Below are positions 46,724-51,821 of a stretch of DNA of 51,821 nt, piece by piece. Location of the stretch: the IMG/VR virus record IMGVR_UViG_3300017754_001798, positions 1 through 51,821 of that record; one strand, given 5' to 3'. Under the pieces are notes generated by a model. The model was given only the letters and a program-made list of their open reading frames with translations. It was not told the DNA's origin and did not search any database. Numbering within the stretch: position 1 is the first letter of the stretch; each line of letters begins with the position of its first letter. A program made the translations under genes and the position numbers. The stretch is from a virus (Duplodnaviria; Caudoviricetes).

Positions 46724-46751
46724 AGAGGGGGGCTTTACGGCCCCCCTTTTT
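46724..46751 (+). terminator. Intrinsic terminator after the capsid gene, overlapping a possible promoter
   Basis: GGGGGGC-TTTACG-GCCCCCC followed by T5; TTTACG-17 nt-TATAAA spans 46734-46762. Confidence 0.8.
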
Positions 46752-46859
46752 CAGTATATAAAGTAACAAATCCGGGGGTTTCCCGGCGCTTACGAACAGG
46801 CCCCCCGCCTGACGACATGCAGATCGTTCGCGCTTAACTCGCATGTGAGGACAACTCAA

Positions 46860-47309
46860 ATGGCATTATCTACTACCCAAAGCATCTGGCGTTCGGGCGG
46901 CGGCGATCAAACTCGCACCGCATATTGTGGCTCCGGCGTTATGGCCGCGCAATTCTATATCCCTGACGCATCTGAAGCCGCTAACGTCGTAGTTTCTTCG
47001 GCTGCTGGCGCTCCTAACCTTATTCTCCCCGCCGGTGCTGTTGTCCTCTCGGTAAACATCACTACTGCTGGCGCTGGTTCGGTTGACATTGGCACCACTG
47101 GCGTGTCGTCTGGCACAGCTACCCCTGCCGCTATTGCTAACAACCTGTCTGTGGCTACGGCTGGTTTGGTTACAACAGGTCTGACCCTGACTGCAATTAC
47201 CGAACTGTCGTATGTGACTTCGCGTATTGATACAAGCGGTAATAACCCTGTCGCTGGTTACATCACTTACTTCGTCGCCGATCCGTTGGTTGGTCAGCAG
47301 AACGTCTAA
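46860..47309 (+). CDS. Virion structural protein (putative)
   Basis: ATG at 46860 after GAGG; A/T/G-rich beta protein with LPAGAVV motif. Confidence 0.65.
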   Translation: MALSTTQSIWRSGGGDQTRTAYCGSGVMAAQFYIPDASEAANVVVSSAAGAPNLILPAGAVVLSVNITTAGAGSVDIGTTGVSSGTATPAAIANNLSVATAGLVTTGLTLTAITELSYVTSRIDTSGNNPVAGYITYFVADPLVGQQNV

Positions 47310-47324
47310 TAAGGAGGCATCACC

Positions 47325-47606
47325 ATGATGCAAACAGACGTAAAAGCGGCGCATGTAGAGGCGACTGGCACAATGGTGTCTGGTCGCACTCGCGTGAAAG
47401 GCTATCAGTGCTTGTCCGGCGGCACGGCGGGAGATATAGAGTTTCGTGATGGTGGGGCTTCTGGCACTATCCGTCTGGAATTCAACATACCTGCCAACAC
47501 AAACAATCCTTTTGCAAACCTGATTCCCGGCGAGGGCATTTTGTTTACGACGGATGTTCATGTGACGTTGCCTACCAATGCAAAAGTAACGGTGTTTTAT
47601 GGCTAA
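47325..47606 (+). CDS. Virion structural protein (putative)
   Basis: 93 aa, AAGGAGG RBS, IPGEGILF motif. Confidence 0.65.
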   Translation: MMQTDVKAAHVEATGTMVSGRTRVKGYQCLSGGTAGDIEFRDGGASGTIRLEFNIPANTNNPFANLIPGEGILFTTDVHVTLPTNAKVTVFYG

Positions 47607-47853
47607 GTCCCCGGCATGGACGCGGAAAGAGGGCAAAAATCCCAAGGGTGGTCTAAACGCCAAAGGGAGAGCCTCCTACAACGCAGCGAATCCGGGGAAG
47701 CCGGGGTTGAAAGCCCCCCAGCCGGAAGGCGGCGCAAGGAAAAAATCGTTCTGTTCCAGAATGGAAGGGATGAAAAAGAAGCTCACCTCTGCGAAAACCG
47801 CGAAAGATCCGAATAGCCGTATTAATAAATCATTAAGAGCATGGAAGTGCTGA
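47599..47853 (+). CDS. Small basic phage protein
   Basis: AWTRKEGKNPKGGLNAKGRASYN...SFCSRM...SLRAWKC. Confidence 0.7.
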   Translation: MAKSPAWTRKEGKNPKGGLNAKGRASYNAANPGKPGLKAPQPEGGARKKSFCSRMEGMKKKLTSAKTAKDPNSRINKSLRAWKC

Positions 47854-47854
47854 C

Positions 47855-48097
47855 ATGAGCGTACCTGAAATAGAAACGGCGCGTGAACTTGCAACACACG
47901 CCAACGACATCAAACATTTGCAAGATGATATGGATGCCATGAAAACAGACGTAGCGGCTATCCGTAAGTCTATTGAAGAAATAAACAAAACGCTTTCTGA
48001 AGCCAGAGGCGGTTGGAAGGTGTTGATGTGGGCAGGCGGCGCTGCCAGTGGTGTATCTGCGCTGGTTGGGTTTATCTCCGGTAAGTGGAGTAGCTAG
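47855..48097 (+). CDS. Coiled-coil protein with C-terminal TM (holin/hemolysin-like)
   Basis: 80 aa; heptad region followed by a hydrophobic G-rich tail. Confidence 0.5.
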   Translation: MSVPEIETARELATHANDIKHLQDDMDAMKTDVAAIRKSIEEINKTLSEARGGWKVLMWAGGAASGVSALVGFISGKWSS

Positions 48098-48510
48098 TGC
48101 CAGCTAAGTCTGCCAAGCAGGAAAAGTTTATGCGGGCTGTCGCTCACAGCCCGTCTTTCGCTAAGAAGGTTGGCGTACCGATGAGCGTAGGGCGCGAATT
48201 CACTAAATCAGGAGGCGGTATGCCAGTTACACCAATCACAGAATCTAAGATGCGTTCAAAAGAATCCGATGAAGATAAACGTAGCGCAATGTCACAGGAA
48301 AAATATCCCGCTCTAAAAACGCCAAAGACACCTACCCCCGCCAAATCAATGGCAGCCATGAAAAAAGGTGGCAAAGTCAAGAAGATGGCAGGTGGTGGTT
48401 TGGCTGCTGGCCATAAATCGGCTGACGGTATCGCTTCCAAGGGCAAAACTAAAGCCAAGAAGATTACCATGGCCGGTAGTAAAAATATGAAGTACGGCGG
48501 TAAGTGCTAA
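48097..48510 (+). CDS. Small basic protein
   Basis: K-rich; FAKKVGVP, KKGGKV, ADGIASKGKTK motifs. Confidence 0.65.
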   Translation: MPAKSAKQEKFMRAVAHSPSFAKKVGVPMSVGREFTKSGGGMPVTPITESKMRSKESDEDKRSAMSQEKYPALKTPKTPTPAKSMAAMKKGGKVKKMAGGGLAAGHKSADGIASKGKTKAKKITMAGSKNMKYGGKC

Positions 48511-48521
48511 CAGGGGCTTAT

Positions 48522-48851
48522 ATGCCAAACAAACCAACAGCCAGAAAAGCCCCCAGAGTCAGTTTTGGCACTAGGGGCACTGGCACTACCCCAGTTAATC
48601 CAAGTGATAGCAACGCTAGTAGTTCTACGGCTAATGTTTTTGACGATATTGGCCCTAACCAGCTAGTTGATACTTCTGAAGATATAACGATAGTACCTTT
48701 TGAAGACGAAGAGTCCGAAACTGTAGGTGGCGGTGGGATTCGGAAAAGTAACCGAATCAAGAAACGCGCTTCTGGTGGGGCTATAAAGTCCGCGTCTTCT
48801 CGTGCTGACGGTATTGCCCAACGTGGTAAGACGAAAGGTAGGATGATCTGA
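48522..48851 (+). CDS. Small protein with ADGIAxRGKTK C-terminus
   Basis: ATG at 48522; C-terminal SASSRADGIAQRGKTKGRMI resembles the previous gene. Confidence 0.6.
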   Translation: MPNKPTARKAPRVSFGTRGTGTTPVNPSDSNASSSTANVFDDIGPNQLVDTSEDITIVPFEDEESETVGGGGIRKSNRIKKRASGGAIKSASSRADGIAQRGKTKGRMI

Positions 48852-49105
48852 TGATGGCCTCGCGAGGTATGGGTGATATCAATCCTTCTAAGATGCCTAA
48901 AGCTAAGAAAAAAGCGCGTCGGGATAATACTGACTTTACACAGTATAAGAAGGGTGGTGAGGTGTGGGATAAAGCCCGCCCCAAAGATTTGGGTAAACCA
49001 AAGAAGTTAAGCCCCGCTAAGAAGTCAGCAGCGAAGGCTGCGGCAAAAGCCGCTGGTAGGCCGTATCCGAATTTAGTGGATAACATGAGAGCAGCGAGGA
49101 AGTAA
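48851..49105 (+). CDS. Small basic protein
   Basis: 84 aa, K/A-rich, AGRPYPNLVDNM motif. Confidence 0.65.
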   Translation: MMASRGMGDINPSKMPKAKKKARRDNTDFTQYKKGGEVWDKARPKDLGKPKKLSPAKKSAAKAAAKAAGRPYPNLVDNMRAARK

Positions 49106-49848
49106 TGGCCGTAACTACATCGACAACCAGCTTTAATCCTGACCTCAATGAGTTGATGGAGGAGGCGTTTGAACGCTGTGGTACGGAATTGCGTACGGGC
49201 TACCACTTCCGTACGGCTAGACGTAGTTTGAACTTCCTGATTACTGAGTGGGCCAACCGTGGAATCAATCTCTGGACCATTGAGCAGGGGCAGATTCCTC
49301 TAGTACAAGGGACGGTTACTTATGATCTACCTAATGATACCGTGGATCTTCTTGAGCACGTTATTCGTACTTATCCCGGACAAGGTGCTAATCAGAACGA
49401 CATCAATATCAATAGAATCAGTATCTCGACGTATTCGACGATCCCGAACAAACTGACTCAAGGCCGTCCGATTCAGGTGTGGGTAAACCGTCGTTCCGGA
49501 CAGACATCGGATCTTCTCGGCGCTACTCCTGCATATCCGCAGATTAACGTGTGGCCGTCACCAGATCAGGGTAGTTTAGCTAGTCCGTTTTATTACTTTG
49601 TTTACTGGCGGCTACGTCGCATGGTGGACGCTGGTAATGGTGTGAACGTCGAAGAAATTCCTTTCCGCTTTCAGAATTGCATGGTCGCAGGATTGGCATA
49701 TATGCTGTCTATGAAGCTGCCGGATATTGACCCAGCAAGAATAGGTATTCTAAAAACGCAATACGACGAGGCTTGGGATCTTGCTTCTGCGGAGGATCGT
49801 GAAAAGGCACCGGATCGATTCGTGCCGCGTACGTTGTTTTACAGGTGA
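49105..49848 (+). CDS. Head-tail adaptor (tail tubular A / P22 gp4-like, putative)
   Basis: EEAFERCG, ARRSLN..EWANRGINLWT, VWPSPD, GLAYML. Confidence 0.65.
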   Translation: MAVTTSTTSFNPDLNELMEEAFERCGTELRTGYHFRTARRSLNFLITEWANRGINLWTIEQGQIPLVQGTVTYDLPNDTVDLLEHVIRTYPGQGANQNDININRISISTYSTIPNKLTQGRPIQVWVNRRSGQTSDLLGATPAYPQINVWPSPDQGSLASPFYYFVYWRLRRMVDAGNGVNVEEIPFRFQNCMVAGLAYMLSMKLPDIDPARIGILKTQYDEAWDLASAEDREKAPDRFVPRTLFYR

Positions 49849-49851
49849 TAT

Positions 49852-50259
49852 ATGGGGAGTAAGTATTCATCTGGTAAGAATAGTATTGCAGAGTGTGACC
49901 GTTGCGGTTTTCGGTACATGCTTAAAGAGTTACGTAAACTGACAATCAAAACCAAATTGGTATCGATTAAAGTTTGTAAAAATTGTTGGGAACCAGATCA
50001 ACCACAGTTGTCGCTTGGTTTATATCCAGTGAATGACCCACAAGCTGTTCGGGAACCAAGACCAGATATAAGCTACAAGCAAGCGGGTTACACAGGGTTG
50101 CAGCTTACAAACAATACTGATTTTGGAGATCCGTCTGGTGGTAGCCGAGTCTTTCAGTGGGGTTGGGCACCGGTAGGCGGCGCTAGTTCAAACGATGTGG
50201 GATTAACGCCAAATGCTTTGGCCCCCATTAGCGTAGTGGGTAGTGTGACAATTACTTAG
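49852..50259 (+). CDS. Cys-motif hypothetical protein
   Basis: CDRCGFRY...VCKNCWEPDQPQL, REPRPD. Confidence 0.65.
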   Translation: MGSKYSSGKNSIAECDRCGFRYMLKELRKLTIKTKLVSIKVCKNCWEPDQPQLSLGLYPVNDPQAVREPRPDISYKQAGYTGLQLTNNTDFGDPSGGSRVFQWGWAPVGGASSNDVGLTPNALAPISVVGSVTIT

Positions 50260-50268
50260 GAGTGGATT

Positions 50269-50442
50269 ATGAAACACGAGGATATTAAGAAAGATAAACC
50301 GTTCATGGAAAAGATTGCGAAAAAAGCAGTCAAAGGCCATGAGAAAAAGATGCACGGCATGAAAAAAGGCGGCGTGACCGGCGAGGCCATGAAGAAGATG
50401 GGGCGTAATATGGCTCGTGCTATGAATCAGCGTGGTCGATAA
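50269..50442 (+). CDS. 57-aa basic protein (not in ORF track)
   Basis: AGGAG RBS; MKHEDIKKDK...HEKKMHGMKKGGV...MNQRGR*; TAATG coupling to the next gene. Confidence 0.7.
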   Translation: MKHEDIKKDKPFMEKIAKKAVKGHEKKMHGMKKGGVTGEAMKKMGRNMARAMNQRGR

Positions 50443-50699
50443 TGGCTAAATACTCACAAAAGCAGGGCGGCAAGGAAGTAGGCCAAGCTGCGGTTTACGC
50501 GGAGCCACACACTATGGACGCAAAGAAAGTAAATCCACAAGTGCCTGAGAAAACTGGCGCTTCGTATATCAATGAAATGAATATTGCTGGTGGTGTAGTT
50601 AGCAAGGGCAATTACAAGGAAGCCAAGACGACGGGTATTAAAATCCGTGGTACTGGCGCAGCAACTAAAGGCACGATGGCTCGTGGTCCGATGGGTTAA
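50442..50699 (+). CDS. Small basic protein
   Basis: 85 aa, C-terminal GIKIRGTGAATKG. Confidence 0.65.
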   Translation: MAKYSQKQGGKEVGQAAVYAEPHTMDAKKVNPQVPEKTGASYINEMNIAGGVVSKGNYKEAKTTGIKIRGTGAATKGTMARGPMG

Positions 50700-50701
50700 T
50701 C

Positions 50702-51421
50702 ATGACGTACAACGAACTGTTCATTGCTGTTAAGAACTACCTGCAAAACGACTTCCCCACAAATACGTGGACGAACGTAGCAGGTACAGGCACAACTACG
50801 TCTGACGGCACTGAACAGATCAACACTTTTATCAAGCAGGCTGAAGAGCGCATTTACAACAATGTGCAACTACCCGCGCTGAGGAAGAACGTCACAGGCT
50901 TGACCACATCTGGCAATAAGTATTTGTCTTGCCCAGCCGACTTCCTATCTGTCTTTTCGATGGCAGTAATTGATGGTAGTGGGAATTATGAGTACTTGCT
51001 GAACAAGGATGTGAACTTTTTGCGTGCGGCATATCCAAACCCGTCGTCCACTGGCTTGCCGCAGTATTACGCTTTGTTTGGCCCAACGGTGGTCACCAGC
51101 GTCATTACAGACGAGTTGAGTTTCATTCTTGCTCCCACGCCAGATTCTGGATACACAGTTGAATTGCACTATTATTACTATCCTGAGTCAATCACGACTG
51201 CTGCTGATGGGCGCACATGGCTGGGCGACAACTACTCGCCGGTTCTGCTGTATGGCGCAATGTTGGAAGCCTACATATTCCTGAAAGGCGAAGCCGACTT
51301 GATGGCAGTTTACAAAACCAAGTACGACGAAGCCGTGGCACAGTTGAATCGTCTGGGTACAGGTCTTGAGCGCGGTGATGCTTACCGTGATGGTCAGGCT
51401 AAGATTAGGGTGAACCCATAA
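50702..51421 (+). CDS. Second head-tail adaptor-like protein
   Basis: FIKQAEERI, PADFL, GLPQYYA, APTPD, LLYGAMLEAYIFLKG. Confidence 0.65.
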   Translation: MTYNELFIAVKNYLQNDFPTNTWTNVAGTGTTTSDGTEQINTFIKQAEERIYNNVQLPALRKNVTGLTTSGNKYLSCPADFLSVFSMAVIDGSGNYEYLLNKDVNFLRAAYPNPSSTGLPQYYALFGPTVVTSVITDELSFILAPTPDSGYTVELHYYYYPESITTAADGRTWLGDNYSPVLLYGAMLEAYIFLKGEADLMAVYKTKYDEAVAQLNRLGTGLERGDAYRDGQAKIRVNP

Positions 51422-51821
51422 TGCCAATCCAACAGGGACTCACAAATAGCTTCAAACAAGAGATGCTCCAAGCGGGGCAGAACTTGGCAACTGATACATT
51501 GAAGATGGAGTTGTACACCGCGTTCTCTGATATCGGGCAGTTGACCACTGTGTACACAACAAGCAATGAAGTAACTGGCACGGGATACACGGCGGGCGGC
51601 GTAGTGATGACGGGGGTGACAATTAGCACCCAAACAACCGGCCCTGATGCAGGAACTGTCTACGTGGATTTTGCCGATGTGTCTTGGCCGGGTGCTAATT
51701 TTGTGGCGCGTGGGGCTTTGATTTACAACGTGACTCGCAGTAACAAGTCGGTAGCTGTTCTGGACTTTGGTTCAGACAAAACTTTTAGCAGTACAAGCAA
51801 CACCGTCACAATGCCAGCGAA
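51421..51821 (+). CDS. Virion/tail protein, 3'-truncated (not in ORF track)
   Basis: TAATG-coupled; MPIQQGLTNSFKQEML...NEVTGTGYTAGG...ARGALIYN...VLDFGSDK, open to the window end. Confidence 0.7.
   Translation, partial: MPIQQGLTNSFKQEMLQAGQNLATDTLKMELYTAFSDIGQLTTVYTTSNEVTGTGYTAGGVVMTGVTISTQTTGPDAGTVYVDFADVSWPGANFVARGALIYNVTRSNKSVAVLDFGSDKTFSSTSNTVTMPA

Noticed and set aside
46866-47663. 265-aa antisense ORF
   Set aside because: Spans three well-supported + strand genes and has an implausible composition.

Overview
Most of a tailed dsDNA phage genome with podovirus-like architecture; the host is probably a proteobacterium (inference from sigma70, IHF and Fis-type sites). There are three blocks. 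(1) A + strand structural arm at 38.3-51.8 kb (terminases, portal, GroES, scaffold, capsid, head-tail adaptors) and at 1-15.2 kb (tail tube, GNAT, ejection proteins, a 2426-aa double-zincin protein); genes are truncated at both window ends, and tail-fibre and lysis genes are not seen. (2) A - strand replication and early arm at 15.2-34.9 kb (primase-helicase, SSB-like, SNF2 helicase, HNH, PD-(D/E)XK nuclease, PolA, VRR-NUC, MoxR AAA+/vWA pair, many small ORFs). (3) A control region at 34.9-38.3 kb with divergent promoters, IHF- and Fis-like sites, short iterons, two duplicated gene cassettes and structured-RNA candidates. The most striking unexplained signal is a 27-bp dyad, GACA-N3-TGAC-N5-GTCA-N3-TGTC, found at least ten times between 27.6 and 36.7 kb, over ribosome-binding sites, in a terminator, near promoters and inside genes. 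No integrase, tRNA or CRISPR array was seen. All family assignments come from motif recognition by eye, not database searches.
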